Notes: generated by a model from the letters alone, not told the origin. 64,000 bases of DNA from Nitrospira sp. (GCA_047150005.1 AP038806.1:864001-928000), one strand, 5' to 3'. Numbered from the stretch's first letter, positions 1 through 10,621 are shown. Numbers and translations: made by a program.

Positions 1-116
1 CCGCATGACACCGCTGGTAGGTAGTGGCTCAGTTTCATCTCGCGTCATGCCCGCGAAAGCGGGCATCCACTCCTCGATCACGACTCACTGCTGAGGAGCA
101 GGCCTTGACTGGATTC

Positions 117-1153
117 CCTAGATTCACAAACGAAGTGCAACACCTGTGGGGTAAGGTGTTGCAATGGGACGACACTATGCGCAGCTCTCCTTGGAAGACC
201 GGTGTACGATTGCCCGGGCTCGCGAAGCCGGGCAAACCATCCGCCAAATTGCAGCAGCTCTGGATCGCGCGCCATCGACCATTCTGCGGGAACTGAGGCG
301 CAATCGCGGCGCCCAGGTGGGCTATGCGCCTGCCTATGCCCAGGAGCAGACCCGCAGCCGCCGCTGGCGCGGGAGTCGTCTGCTCCGGCAACCGGCGCTG
401 CAGGCCCACGTCCTGCGCTGGTTGGGGCAGGGCTGGTCGCCCGCTCAAGTCGCCGGCCGGCTCAAGCGCGACGGCTGCGCGCTGCGCATCAGCTCCGAGT
501 CGATCTACCGCTTCATCGCCAGCCAGATCCGCCGGACGAAAGACTATCGCTGGCGGCATTATTTGCCGCGGGGCAAAAGCAAACGCGGGTGGCGGGGGCG
601 CAAAGGCGGCAGTGCCGTGGACCACATCCGCAGCCGCGTCCCCATTAGCGAGCGACCGGCGGCGATCCAGCAGCGGCAGGACCCTGGCCATTGGGAGGCC
701 GATCTGATGCTGTTTGCGAAATATGGCCAGGCGGTCCTGGTGACGCAGGAACGCCGCTCGCGCGTGTTGGTGGCCAGCCGGCAACCCACGAAGGGGGCCC
801 AGCCGGTGGCCGCCCGACTCACGGCGCTGTTTGCCGCCCTGCCTCCGGCCCTGCGCCGGACCATCACGTTCGATAACGGCACGGAGTTCGCGTATCACGA
901 TCAGCTGCACCCGCTCGGCATGCGCACCTACTTTTGTGACCCGCATGCCCCGTGGCAAAAAGGGGGTATCGAAAACGGTATCGGCCGGATGCGCCGTGCC
1001 CTCCCCCGGAAAACTGACTTGGCCACGCTCTCCACCCGCCGCTTGCTGGCGCTGGTGCGGGCGTATAATCACACCCCGCGCAAGTGTCTCGACTATGAGA
1101 CACCGGCCGAGGTGTTTACTCGTGATCTGTTGCACTTCAAATGTGACTCCACC
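117..1153 (+). mobile_element. IS30-family insertion sequence
   Basis: 26-bp imperfect IRs cctagattcacaaacgaagtgcaaca (117-142) and tgttgcacttcaaatgtgactccacc (1128-1153). 3-bp target duplication TTC at 114-116 and 1154-1156. Encloses an IS30 transposase. Confidence 0.93.
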
Positions 1154-1174
1154 TTCCCGCTTCCGCGGGAATGA
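164..1174 (+). CDS. IS30-family DDE transposase
   Basis: N-terminal HTH (RQIAAALDRAPSTILRELRRN) and IS30 motifs GHWEADL, TITFDNGTEF and PWQKGGIEN. Confidence 0.96.
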   Translation: MGRHYAQLSLEDRCTIARAREAGQTIRQIAAALDRAPSTILRELRRNRGAQVGYAPAYAQEQTRSRRWRGSRLLRQPALQAHVLRWLGQGWSPAQVAGRLKRDGCALRISSESIYRFIASQIRRTKDYRWRHYLPRGKSKRGWRGRKGGSAVDHIRSRVPISERPAAIQQRQDPGHWEADLMLFAKYGQAVLVTQERRSRVLVASRQPTKGAQPVAARLTALFAALPPALRRTITFDNGTEFAYHDQLHPLGMRTYFCDPHAPWQKGGIENGIGRMRRALPRKTDLATLSTRRLLALVRAYNHTPRKCLDYETPAEVFTRDLLHFKCDSTFPLPRE

Positions 1175-1351
1175 CACACTGCAGTGCTTCTGATGCCAAA
1201 CTGACCCAGTATCCGCGGGTAAGCTGACTGGCTTTTCGCTATAGGCGGGTCTTACAATCGCCCGGACTTGAGGAAGGCCTTCCCAATTCCGTTAGGTATG
1301 GAGAGTTGCCGCAGAAACGACTCTCCCGAACTCGAAGAGCGGCCCACTCGC

Positions 1352-2317
1352 ATGACTGCATTTCTTGGTTTCAGAGCGGTGATGGTTATCTTGCCGCTCG
1401 TCGCCGCGAGCGCTTCTACCTTCGTGCCGATTGCGCAAGCAGCTCCACCCCCTGAAGCTGCGACTGCTTCCGGTGGGACTGTCCCACAATCGGGGAACTG
1501 TCCTGCCGGACGCGAACAGGACGAGCATTGCCTGCCGGGAGGGCTGGGAAGTCCTGCAATGCCGGGCGGTCCGATCCACCCGCCGGTCACGCCGCCGCCA
1601 GGAATCCCGCCGGCGAGCCAGCCAGCGGACCCCGAGTTCCCCGAGAAGATCGTCGGCTGGGCAGAGGCCACATTCCACATTCACGACAACGATCAGGACG
1701 TCACCTATACCTCGGGCCGTGTGCAGCTCACCTTCCTTCGGAGAAATGTGCAGGACATGCCGGGGAAGACTCAGTACGTCGTGGTCCCCGATGTGGGAAC
1801 AGAGGGCATGACCTGGAACGCTAGCGGAAGAGTGTTCGACTGCATCGTGGAAGGGAAGGCGATCATCCCGTTCCCGTTCGGACTCACTGACTCACCTCAT
1901 GGCGTTGTTCCCGTTATCCCAGGCATCCACCTGCCGATGGACCCGAATCGTCCGGCCTTCGGCTACCTGAACCTGGTCGGGCCGGATGGAGGCGACTTTC
2001 ATAGCGTGATGATCAGAATGTTTGATCCTGATGCGAGGCTCATCAAGACCTGCCCGGGTGATCCGCCGTTGGTCACGGAGGAAAAGTTCGATGCCGGTTA
2101 CCTCCTGCACATTGTGTGGCAGAAGAACACATACACCAATGGCAGCGTCTCCTTCGAGGGGCAACAGACGTACGACCAGGGCAACCCGCTCGACTTCCTG
2201 AACCTGCTCCCGCCCGGCGCGGCCATTCCCGAAAGTGCACGTCAGCAACTGCAGGCGTCCGGCTCCGGCACCAGCCGTCGCTACACCTGGAAATGGGCGT
2301 TAGGTCCATTTCGTTAG
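1352..2317 (+). CDS. Hypothetical secreted protein with Pro-rich N-terminal linker
   Basis: Long ORF with a signal-peptide-like N-terminus (…IAQA). Start uncertain; the ORF track opens at TTG 1268. Confidence 0.7.
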   Translation: MTAFLGFRAVMVILPLVAASASTFVPIAQAAPPPEAATASGGTVPQSGNCPAGREQDEHCLPGGLGSPAMPGGPIHPPVTPPPGIPPASQPADPEFPEKIVGWAEATFHIHDNDQDVTYTSGRVQLTFLRRNVQDMPGKTQYVVVPDVGTEGMTWNASGRVFDCIVEGKAIIPFPFGLTDSPHGVVPVIPGIHLPMDPNRPAFGYLNLVGPDGGDFHSVMIRMFDPDARLIKTCPGDPPLVTEEKFDAGYLLHIVWQKNTYTNGSVSFEGQQTYDQGNPLDFLNLLPPGAAIPESARQQLQASGSGTSRRYTWKWALGPFR

Positions 2318-2356
2318 GCACACTGACATTGATCGGAATGATTTCCGAGGCTCGGC

Positions 2357-3571
2357 TCAGAAGCCGAGCGCTTTTTCCAGATCCTCCTGGCCCTTCTTGA
2401 ACTGCTTCTTCTCCGCCGCGTCTTTCTTCTTTGTCAGCGCCTCCAGTTCTTCCGCCTTCTTTTTCATCGCGGCGTTCTCTTGCTTGCGCGCCTCCTCTTG
2501 TTGCTCTTCCTGAAGCGAGACGACCTGCGCGGTCTTGATCGCGCTATCCGGCGCCGTCATCCAAGTCAGCCGGTATCCTGGCTTCCTCAAAGCCTGCTCT
2601 TGATAGACCACAACGTAGCGGGTCGGATAGCTGCGCTGTCCGATCTGCCGTTCCTCCAAGATATACACGGTGGGAGTACCGAAGAGATTCGACTGATAGG
2701 AATCCAGATAAAGCCGGCCGCCTTGCCTGGCTCCGACCGAGGCCATCTTCTCCATGAATTCCGTATAGGCCTGCACATTCGTCGGATCGGGCGGCTTGCT
2801 CTGTTCCATCTGCTTGGCCTCCGCCTCCTGTGCGCTTCGCATCGCCTCGTCCTCGTCCTGGAACTGGTACCGGTATTTGTCTTTGAACTCTTGCAACGGG
2901 AATGGCCCCTTCTTGGCCTTGCCCTTGAAGAATTGGGCGGGGTCGCTTTTTCCGCTCTTGGACACATAGGACAGACGACCGACGGCTGCGTCACTCGAAT
3001 CAAATAAATAGATACTGTCAGGTGCCACGGGCATCGAGTATTTCCCCGCGTCTGCCGGAGTCTGCGGCGTGCGCCCCACCCGCATCGGTATGACGCGCTG
3101 CTTCAACAAGGCAAGGGCGGCGCCCTTCCCGTGCGAGAGCATGTTCGAAACGGCCTGCCTGACATCCGGCACCGGATCATTGATCAGCGGCGCCAGCATC
3201 TCCACGTCGCTGTCTTGGGGCCCGATCATGCCGATCGCATCCGCGGCCGCGATGCGCAACTCGATCTCGTCGCTCCTGAACATCCGCACGATGTCCGGAA
3301 GATGAGTGCGATCCGCGGATGAACCCAGTGTCAGCAAGTCTTCCTTCAAAATCTCGACGAAATCCTTCCTAAGCGTGTCGCAGTCGGCGGCTTTGGCCGA
3401 CTTGCCGACACAGCCGTCCAGGAATTGGTCGACGATCCGGTCTTGAGGCGTGGCTGCCCAAACAAAAGCGGGGAGCGCAACGAGCCAGTACACCAGCAGG
3501 CTCGTGGTCGCTAACGCAAATACTTGACGTCGTGTCATGGATTGTCCTCCTGAGTTCTGCCGTGCCATCAA
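2357..3571 (-). CDS. Exported HEAT-repeat protein with C-terminal coiled coil
   Basis: Signal peptide (…FVWA), HEAT-like repeats (LRIAAADAIG; DPVPDVRQAV) and a Lys/Glu-rich tail. Confidence 0.75.
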   Translation of the reverse strand: MMARQNSGGQSMTRRQVFALATTSLLVYWLVALPAFVWAATPQDRIVDQFLDGCVGKSAKAADCDTLRKDFVEILKEDLLTLGSSADRTHLPDIVRMFRSDEIELRIAAADAIGMIGPQDSDVEMLAPLINDPVPDVRQAVSNMLSHGKGAALALLKQRVIPMRVGRTPQTPADAGKYSMPVAPDSIYLFDSSDAAVGRLSYVSKSGKSDPAQFFKGKAKKGPFPLQEFKDKYRYQFQDEDEAMRSAQEAEAKQMEQSKPPDPTNVQAYTEFMEKMASVGARQGGRLYLDSYQSNLFGTPTVYILEERQIGQRSYPTRYVVVYQEQALRKPGYRLTWMTAPDSAIKTAQVVSLQEEQQEEARKQENAAMKKKAEELEALTKKKDAAEKKQFKKGQEDLEKALGF

Positions 3572-3930
3572 TTGTCCGCGGGTCCGGATCGCGTTCGTAT
3601 GCCGCCGGGATCATACGCAGAACTCTGATACTTCTCCCCGCTCTTCTTAACGTGTCCCTTCGCGCTGGCTTGCTTCTGCTGATGCCCCTTGATGTCATTG
3701 GAGATTCTGTCCATGCTCCTGGCGAGTTGAGGGCAATCGGTTTTGACCTTCTGCGCTTTGTCGATCGTGGCATCATTTTTTGGCGCCATTCCCTTTAGCC
3801 ATTGATCCCAGAGACTGTCCCCCATTCCCGCGCAGAGCTGACTGCTTTGAACGGCCCCCGTTCCGGACGGAAACCAGAGCAAGACCGCTGATAAGCACAT
3901 GCCCCAAACAGCTATCCGTAACGTTGTCAT
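3568..3930 (-). CDS. Small hypothetical secreted protein
   Basis: Signal peptide and upstream aggag RBS. Stop overlaps the start of the downstream HEAT gene. Confidence 0.65.
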   Translation of the reverse strand: MTTLRIAVWGMCLSAVLLWFPSGTGAVQSSQLCAGMGDSLWDQWLKGMAPKNDATIDKAQKVKTDCPQLARSMDRISNDIKGHQQKQASAKGHVKKSGEKYQSSAYDPGGIRTRSGPADN

Positions 3931-3975
3931 GATCCCCACTATCTCCTTTCGGCGTGATGCAGTATAACCACGCCC

Positions 3976-5382
3976 GTGGATCGTTTGATGATTCGCCCAT
4001 TCAACTTGGTCATCGTGCTCTGTACGATCACCGGTGCTCTTTACTGCTCGGCCTTCAGCGGCGATTTTCATTATGATGACGTCTCAGCCATTTTCGACAA
4101 CCCCCATCTCGACCGATGGCAGACCTTCGTCGGACATCTCGATCACATGGTCAGGCCCGCGCTGTATGCGACGTTCATGCTCGACCGTTGGCTGTATGGA
4201 GCCAACCCTGCCGGCTACCATCTGATCAATGTCCTGGCACACCTTGGCTCAGGTCTTCTGCTCTATCGCATCCTCGATCACGCAGTCGCAGATGAACGCT
4301 CTCCTGTTCCGTTCTGGACTTCGCTGATCTTTCTCATCCATCCGATTGCCACCGAAACGGTCACCTATATCTCGGGTCGCGCATCGGGCCTGATGGCATT
4401 CTTCTACCTCGCTGCGCTGCTCCTATACATCAAGGCTTCTGAGCATACACAGACCGTGAGCATTCGCCGAATGCACCTGTCAGGAGCCGTCTTGTTTTTC
4501 CTGCTCGCAATCGGCTCCAAGGAAACAGCGGTCACGCTTCCGATCATCCTCCTGCTCTGGGATATGATCCTACGCGGCTTGAACGGTCCGTCCATCCGCG
4601 CCGTCGTCCACGCCCGCCATCTACCCTTCTGGATCGTCCTGTCTTGCGCCGTGGTATGGGCTTGGAATCATCCTCGCTATACCACCCTCGCTCAATTTAG
4701 CCTTGCCATCCGCCCCCTTTGGGACAACCTACTGAGCGAGTTGCACGCCTGGGCCCATGCGCTGGGTCTGTTCTTCACTCCCTGGAACCAGAACTTTGAC
4801 CACGACCTCCCTGTATTCCACTCGCTGACTCAATGGCCCCTTCCGCTCGACTTGCTCTTGCTCTCAACAGCGGTCGCTGTAGGCCTGCTTTCCTGGCGAC
4901 GTTTTCCCTTGGTGGCGTTCGGCGTAGGATGGTTTTTCATTCAACTCCTGCCTACGAGTTTGATCCCGCGCAACGATTTGTTGAGCGAGCGCAACCTCTA
5001 CCTGCCGTCGATCGGACTTTTCCTAGCGCTCGTCTCCCTCGGCTCACACTTCACGCAAAAGCTCATAACCATCCCTTCTCTGCCCGCTTTTGCTCGCTGG
5101 GGCTCAGCCGCACTCGCGGCCATTCTTGTCCTTGCCCTCAGCCTTTTCACGTATCAGCGAAACTCTCTTTACGAGGACCGGCTTTCGCTCTGGTCCGACG
5201 CAGTCAGAAAGTCCCCCGACAAAGCGAGGCCGCACAATAACCTTGGCTATGCCTACGCTCTTCAGGATGACTGGGACCGTGCCATCGACGAATTTCGCAC
5301 GGCTGCCAGGCTCGATCCGGATTTCATGCTCGCTCAACAAAACCTCCGTGATGCCTATCTCCACATCATCGGGCGGCAATAG
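3976..5382 (+). CDS. TMTC-like GT-C membrane glycosyltransferase with C-terminal TPR
   Basis: FHYDD acidic pair after TM1, RP…YHLIN…H, LIHPIATETVTYISGR, SKET, ERNLYLPS, and TPR motif HNNLGYAY. Confidence 0.82.
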   Translation: MDRLMIRPFNLVIVLCTITGALYCSAFSGDFHYDDVSAIFDNPHLDRWQTFVGHLDHMVRPALYATFMLDRWLYGANPAGYHLINVLAHLGSGLLLYRILDHAVADERSPVPFWTSLIFLIHPIATETVTYISGRASGLMAFFYLAALLLYIKASEHTQTVSIRRMHLSGAVLFFLLAIGSKETAVTLPIILLLWDMILRGLNGPSIRAVVHARHLPFWIVLSCAVVWAWNHPRYTTLAQFSLAIRPLWDNLLSELHAWAHALGLFFTPWNQNFDHDLPVFHSLTQWPLPLDLLLLSTAVAVGLLSWRRFPLVAFGVGWFFIQLLPTSLIPRNDLLSERNLYLPSIGLFLALVSLGSHFTQKLITIPSLPAFARWGSAALAAILVLALSLFTYQRNSLYEDRLSLWSDAVRKSPDKARPHNNLGYAYALQDDWDRAIDEFRTAARLDPDFMLAQQNLRDAYLHIIGRQ

Positions 5383-6289
5383 GAGGGACAGGCTCCAAGC
5401 GGAAGGGAGGCAATCCCCGCGCAGCCGGTGCCTGTCCCTCTCCGTGCAATACCTCATGGCCGTACCGGAGTAGCTTGGTGGCCTGTTCCCATTGATCCAT
5501 GAGATTCAAACCGACGAGCAGCAAGCGGTGCCCATCCTTGAACATGCTCGCGATGAGACAACGACCCGCCTTACTCGTATAACCGGTCTTCACGCCGTTC
5601 ACGTCCGGATCCGTCAGCAGCTCGTTCGTACTATGGAGCGACATCTGTCTCCTCCCGTCGACTGTAGCGATATCGCGGACCAGCGTCCGAACCATCATGG
5701 AGAAGAAGGGCTGCTGCAGCGCCTGCTCAGTCAGTTTCGCGAGGTCGGCAGCCGTCGAATAGTGACCGGGCGCATCGAACCCGCATGGGTTCGCGAAATG
5801 GGTGTTCTTCAAGCCCAGCTTTCCGGCTCGCGCATTCATCATCACGACGAACTGTTTGTCATCACCGCCGACATGCCAGGCCACCGCCTCGCAGGCATCA
5901 TTCGCACTGGCCACCAACATGGCCGTGATGAGATCGCGCAGGAGGAATTGCTCTCCAGCTTCGAAGCGATAGGACGAATGATGCACGATCGCGCGCGGGT
6001 GAATCGTCACCACGTCTTGCAGTGCGGCCGATTCCAACGCGACCAATGCGGTCATGATTTTTGTGAGACTGGCAGGCGGCAGCCGGCTGGTCGGATTCTT
6101 TTCCAGCAGCACCCGACCGGATTGCAACTCGATCATGTACAAAGCTGCAGCTTTGACGGCCGGCCGCTCCGGCAGGCCGGAAGGCGAGTCGTTGCCGAAG
6201 GCGGCACCAGACCATGACGCACCCGCCGTCATTGCCATGGCGATCAACAGCGCTCTGCCGAGCAGCCGCCTCTCCATGCCGCCGATCAC
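5366..6289 (-). CDS. D-alanyl-D-alanine carboxypeptidase (peptidase S11)
   Basis: SxxK (ASLTK), SxN (SAND) and KTG motifs, plus a signal peptide. Confidence 0.92.
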   Translation of the reverse strand: MIGGMERRLLGRALLIAMAMTAGASWSGAAFGNDSPSGLPERPAVKAAALYMIELQSGRVLLEKNPTSRLPPASLTKIMTALVALESAALQDVVTIHPRAIVHHSSYRFEAGEQFLLRDLITAMLVASANDACEAVAWHVGGDDKQFVVMMNARAGKLGLKNTHFANPCGFDAPGHYSTAADLAKLTEQALQQPFFSMMVRTLVRDIATVDGRRQMSLHSTNELLTDPDVNGVKTGYTSKAGRCLIASMFKDGHRLLLVGLNLMDQWEQATKLLRYGHEVLHGEGQAPAARGLPPFRLEPVPPIAAR

Positions 6290-7093
6290 CTATCGACCGA
6301 ACAAGCCCTTCATGAAGTTGCCGGCCTTATCTGCAGTCGACTCCTCAGCCGGCGCTTCTGGTTCCGGAGCCGGCTGAGTCTCTTGTGGGGTCACGACCTC
6401 GGGCCTGCTGCCCGGTCTTCGAGTGCTGGGGGGAGGCGTCCCGGTCATGTCAGGCCTGCCCATGGGCTGACCCATTCCTTGACGGCCCATCATCCCCATC
6501 ATGCCGCCCATATCGAGTTTGGTGAACCCTTCGGGGATTTCGAATAACTGCGGATCCTGCCTGCCGATCTGAAGATTGTTGAGCTCGGTCAGCATCCGCT
6601 TCTTCTCGTTGCCTTCCTTGTAGAGCAGATCCTGCTTGACGTTGATGCCCTCTCTCGTCCGCCAGGAGAAACCCCCGTATTTTTTGCCGTCCGTGCTCGT
6701 CGCGATGGTCTTGTACTTCGTGACCTTGACGCCGTTCAAAGTTTCCTCGCCCATCGCCGTGTCTTCGTAGGTCCATTGCGACGGATCACTTCCCCTTGTT
6801 TGGCCTCCGCCGATCGCATGCTCCATGTACATTTTCTCCGAGGGCATGACCTGCCACATCACCTTGGTGTCATAGCGGTAGATTTGAACCGCTCCCTCGC
6901 CGGCGCCCGTCAACAACTCCTTGCGCTCCTTGGTCGGAGTGACATAGACGCGTTGCTGGATCGTGCCCTCCTCATTCTGAGTCGTCTCATCGGCCGAATA
7001 TTCCGCCTGAGGCCGGCTCATGGGAGCTGCATGAGCGGGCCACAGGCTCGCCAGGTTCGTCAGCGCGATCAGCAGTGTCAGGACATATGACAT
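6290..7093 (-). CDS. Secreted DUF4412/LolA-fold-like protein
   Basis: Signal peptide, GEETLNGVKVTKYK and LFEIPEGF motifs, and a Met/Gly/Pro-rich tail. Confidence 0.7.
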   Translation of the reverse strand: MSYVLTLLIALTNLASLWPAHAAPMSRPQAEYSADETTQNEEGTIQQRVYVTPTKERKELLTGAGEGAVQIYRYDTKVMWQVMPSEKMYMEHAIGGGQTRGSDPSQWTYEDTAMGEETLNGVKVTKYKTIATSTDGKKYGGFSWRTREGINVKQDLLYKEGNEKKRMLTELNNLQIGRQDPQLFEIPEGFTKLDMGGMMGMMGRQGMGQPMGRPDMTGTPPPSTRRPGSRPEVVTPQETQPAPEPEAPAEESTADKAGNFMKGLFGR

Positions 7094-7265
7094 GTTGAGT
7101 CCCTCCCGAGGTTAGCCGCAGATGCCCATTCGCGGACCGGTGCCACGTCGTAAGCGGAACAATGAAAACGGAAAAAAGAACAATGAAGCGCCCAGAGGGT
7201 ACCCCCACTCGACGGAGGAAGTAAAGCCTTCCGCCAGCGTCGAGGATCAGACTCCCGGCTCGGAT

Positions 7266-9947
7266 TCATTCGCCGCTCTGCTGGATGAGTTTTGCCACCA
7301 AGCCGGTCCATCCGGTCTGGTGACTGGCCCCGAGGCCGGTCCCGTTGTCGCCATGGAAGTACTCATAAAACAAGACATGGTCATGCCAGAACGGATCCTG
7401 TTGAAACAGGTCTGCCCCACCGAACACCGGACGCCTGCCAGCCGGATCCTTCAGGAAAATATGCGTGAGGCGGCGTGACAGTTCGGAGGCGACCTGCCAG
7501 AGAGTCGCCTGGTTGCCGGATCCTGTCGGATACTCCACTTTGAACTGATCGCCGAGGTAGTAGTGAAACTTCTGTAACGACTCGATCAGCAAGTAATTCA
7601 CCGGGAACCAGACCGGGCCTCGCCAGTTGGAGTTGCCGCCGAACAGATCAGTGCTCGATTCGGCCGGCTCATAGTCCACGCGATGCTCGTGCCCCATCAC
7701 GGTGAGGATATAGGGATGGTCTTTGTGGTAGCGCGATAGGGCGCGAATGCCGTACGGTGAAAGAAATTCCTTCTCGTCGAGCATGTAGCGCAGCACCGAT
7801 CGCAGGCGTTTCCGATGGACGAGCGACAGAAACCGCCGCACGCCGCTCTCCGTGGTCTCCGTTTCGAGGTGTTGCGAGAAATCCGGCCTGTTTTCAATAA
7901 ACCACTGCATACGATGCTTGAAGCGCGGCAGGCTGTCCACCAACTCCGAGTCCAGTGTTTCTACCGCAAACAAGGGAATGAGGCCCACCATCGACCTGAC
8001 TTTGAGGTGACGGGTTTCTCCGTTCGGCAGGTGCAAGACATCGTAGAAAAAGCCGTCCTCGCGATCCCATAGCTCGATCTTCTCGCCGCCGATATTGTTC
8101 ATGGCGCGGCAGATGTAGACAAAGTGCTCGAAGAACTTGCTGGCGACGTCTTCATAGGCGACGTTCTCACGCGCCAGCTCCAGGGCGATCGCGAGCATGT
8201 TCAGGCAGTACATCCCCATCCAACTCGTCGCATCGGATTGCTCGATGTGACCGCCGGTTGGAAGGGGCGCGCTCCGGTCAAACACGCCGATGTTGTCGAG
8301 CCCCAGAAAACCGCCTTGAAAGATGTTCTTGCCGTCGGTGTCTTTGCGGTTCACCCACCAGGTGAAATTCAGCAGGAGCTTGTGGAACACCCGCTCCAGA
8401 AACCGGCGATCGCCGACGCCCTTCCGCTTCTTGTCGATCTTGTAGACGCGCCAGGCCGCCCAGGCGTGCACCGGAGGATTGACGGCGCCGAAATCCCATT
8501 CGTAGGCCGGAATTTGCCCGTTGGGATGCATATACCATTCGCGCAACATCAGGACGAGCTGTTCTTTGGCGAATGCGGGGTCGACGAGCGAGAGCGGGAT
8601 GCAGTGGAACGCCAGATCCCACGCCGCATACCAGGGGTACTCCCATTTGTCCGGCATGGAGATCACGTCGGCGTTATAGAGATGGGTCCAGTCCGAGTTC
8701 CGGCCGTGGAGCCGCTCCCGCGACGGTTCCGGACCCATCGGATCGCCCTTGAGCCACCGGTTGACGTCGTAATAATAGAACTGCTTATTCCAGAGTAAGC
8801 CGGCAAATGCCCTTCGTTGGACGAGTCGCGCGTCGTCCGAAAGGCCGAGGGGCGCGAGGCTGTCGTAATACTCGTTGGCGTCCTGAATCCGTTGGGCGAA
8901 GACGGCATCGAAATTCTGCGCGGAGAATTCGGCGACGCGCGATTCATTTGTAAACCGCAAGCGGATAGAGGCGGTCGCGGCGGGCGCGATCGCGAGTGTG
9001 TAATGGGCTGCGGCCTTGGTTCCGACGCAGCCGGGGTTGACGGCTTCCTTCTCACCCCGCACCACATAGTCATGGAAACCGTCCTTGACGTATGGCCCGC
9101 ATTCTTCATCCCCAAAGAGCCGTCTCGTGTTGGTCTCGTTTTCCGTGAATAGGAGGGTCGGCCGGCCATCGCAGACAAGTCTCCGAAGCCCATAGTATTC
9201 GTGGTTGGTCTCGACCACGCTCATCTGACCAGTCGCCTCGCCCTGCACGAGACGCGGACGCCGCATATCCGACCCCCAGGACCAGGTGTTGCGATACCAC
9301 AGCGTGGGAAGCACGGTGAGCTCGGCCTGCTCCGGTCCCCGATTCACCACCTGGATGCGAATGCAGAGCTCTTCCGGACCGGCCTTGGCGTATTCGACGA
9401 AGACATCAAAGAACCGATGTTCTTCAAGCACGCCGGTGTCGATGAGCTTGAACTCCGGATTCAGCCGGCTTCGTCCACGATTTTCTTCGACCAGCCGGTC
9501 GTACGGAAATGCGGCTTGAGGATATCTGTAGAGGTACTTCATGTAGGAATGCGTCGGCGTCGAATCGAGATAGTAGTAGCATTCCTTCACATCCTCGCCG
9601 TGATTGCCTTCCTTTCCGCTCAGGCCGAACAGCCGTTCCTTTAGGATGGGATCTCGCCCGTTCCACAGGGCAATGGCGAAGCAAAGAAATTGGTGGCGGT
9701 CGCAGATACCGGCGAGGCCGTCTTCGTTCCAACGATAGGCGCGCGATCGGGCGTGGTCGTGAGGGAAGAATTCCCAGGCTGCGCCGTCGGGACTGTAGTC
9801 TTCGCGCACGGTCCCCCATGCTCGTTCGCTGAGATACGGCCCCCACCGTTTCCAGTGGCGCTGTCGTTGCGCGTCTTCGTCGAGACGCCGTTGTTCGGCG
9901 AGGAGCGAGGCGGGGGACGGAGGAACGGACCGGCGTTGAGCGGCCAT
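7266..9947 (-). CDS. GH63-like glycoside hydrolase (mannosyl-oligosaccharide glucosidase-like)
   Basis: [49 protein letters not shown] and GASHQTGWT motifs. Confidence 0.9.
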   Translation of the reverse strand: MAAQRRSVPPSPASLLAEQRRLDEDAQRQRHWKRWGPYLSERAWGTVREDYSPDGAAWEFFPHDHARSRAYRWNEDGLAGICDRHQFLCFAIALWNGRDPILKERLFGLSGKEGNHGEDVKECYYYLDSTPTHSYMKYLYRYPQAAFPYDRLVEENRGRSRLNPEFKLIDTGVLEEHRFFDVFVEYAKAGPEELCIRIQVVNRGPEQAELTVLPTLWYRNTWSWGSDMRRPRLVQGEATGQMSVVETNHEYYGLRRLVCDGRPTLLFTENETNTRRLFGDEECGPYVKDGFHDYVVRGEKEAVNPGCVGTKAAAHYTLAIAPAATASIRLRFTNESRVAEFSAQNFDAVFAQRIQDANEYYDSLAPLGLSDDARLVQRRAFAGLLWNKQFYYYDVNRWLKGDPMGPEPSRERLHGRNSDWTHLYNADVISMPDKWEYPWYAAWDLAFHCIPLSLVDPAFAKEQLVLMLREWYMHPNGQIPAYEWDFGAVNPPVHAWAAWRVYKIDKKRKGVGDRRFLERVFHKLLLNFTWWVNRKDTDGKNIFQGGFLGLDNIGVFDRSAPLPTGGHIEQSDATSWMGMYCLNMLAIALELARENVAYEDVASKFFEHFVYICRAMNNIGGEKIELWDREDGFFYDVLHLPNGETRHLKVRSMVGLIPLFAVETLDSELVDSLPRFKHRMQWFIENRPDFSQHLETETTESGVRRFLSLVHRKRLRSVLRYMLDEKEFLSPYGIRALSRYHKDHPYILTVMGHEHRVDYEPAESSTDLFGGNSNWRGPVWFPVNYLLIESLQKFHYYLGDQFKVEYPTGSGNQATLWQVASELSRRLTHIFLKDPAGRRPVFGGADLFQQDPFWHDHVLFYEYFHGDNGTGLGASHQTGWTGLVAKLIQQSGE

Positions 9948-10081
9948 GCAACTCCCTAGTGCAATCTAGTCAGAACCGGCGTGGAGGATCGCGGAACAGT
10001 TCGCCCCAGGCTAGCAGGCTGTCGGACAGAATTCCAGAGTGGAGCGGGTCAACAGCCTGACGCCAATCATCCCTGACGTCG

Positions 10082-10152
10082 GTCGCAGCTCACGCAGGCG
10101 ATGGTGTTGTTCTTGGACAAACGGTTGTCGAAGAAAAGGAGATGGACAAGCG
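10082..10152 (-). pseudogene. Relic fragment of a diheme cytochrome c peroxidase (MauG/Ccp family)
   Basis: Translates as LVHLLFFDNRLSKNNTIACVSCD, matching the family motif LFFDxRLSxxxxxxCxxCH. The His codon appears changed to GAC, and no rest of the gene is present. Confidence 0.65.
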
Positions 10153-10179
10153 CGGGGCAAGCCGCCCCGCGCGGTCCGG

Positions 10180-10539
10180 TCATTGGATCCGTCCGTGCGG
10201 TACCTGGCGACCGTAGTCGATCGCCAACTGATCGGCTTGTTCGGCCGCGGCCCAGAGTTGGCGGGCCTGCTCCCGTCGCCGGCTCGCCTCTTGATCGCCC
10301 ACACCGAACTGGGATTCGTACCACTGCGCCTCCCATTCGGCGCGGCTAGCCAGATCGCGAAGGTCCGCGGCCTGTCTCCGGTATTGCACCGTCAACTGTC
10401 GAGCTTGATCCTGTGAAGCAAATCGCGGACTGACCGGCTGGCCGGAGACCGAGGACGTATCGGTCATCTCGCCGGCGCAACCGGCCAGAAGCATCATGGC
10501 TGCGAGCAACCCGGCATGGACTGTCTGTGTGGTATTCAT
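10180..10539 (-). CDS. Hypothetical helical lipoprotein
   Basis: Lipobox LAGC and a strong RBS. Confidence 0.75.
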   Translation of the reverse strand: MNTTQTVHAGLLAAMMLLAGCAGEMTDTSSVSGQPVSPRFASQDQARQLTVQYRRQAADLRDLASRAEWEAQWYESQFGVGDQEASRRREQARQLWAAAEQADQLAIDYGRQVPHGRIQ

Positions 10540-10621
10540 CGTAGCAACTCCTCTCTCCTGCGCCGGACTTCTTCGATCCGGTGTTCGTGCAGGCGACCCT
10601 AACGATACGCACCGCCACACG

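Larger units (their letters stand above)
20..1213. repeat. REP-containing MITE/REPIN-like repeat, interrupted by IS30
   Basis: Imperfect terminal inverted repeats ggtagtggctcagttt (20-35) and aaactgacccagtatc (1198-1213). Two internal REP-like palindromes in opposite orientation: gtcatgcccgcgaaagcgggcatcca (44-69) and ggattc|ccgcttccgcgggaatgac (split by the IS). A homologous copy lies at 44371-44477 on the other strand. Confidence 0.8.

Noticed and set aside
35..1177. 380-aa minus-strand ORF
   Set aside because: Antisense shadow of the IS30 transposase; no recognisable motifs.
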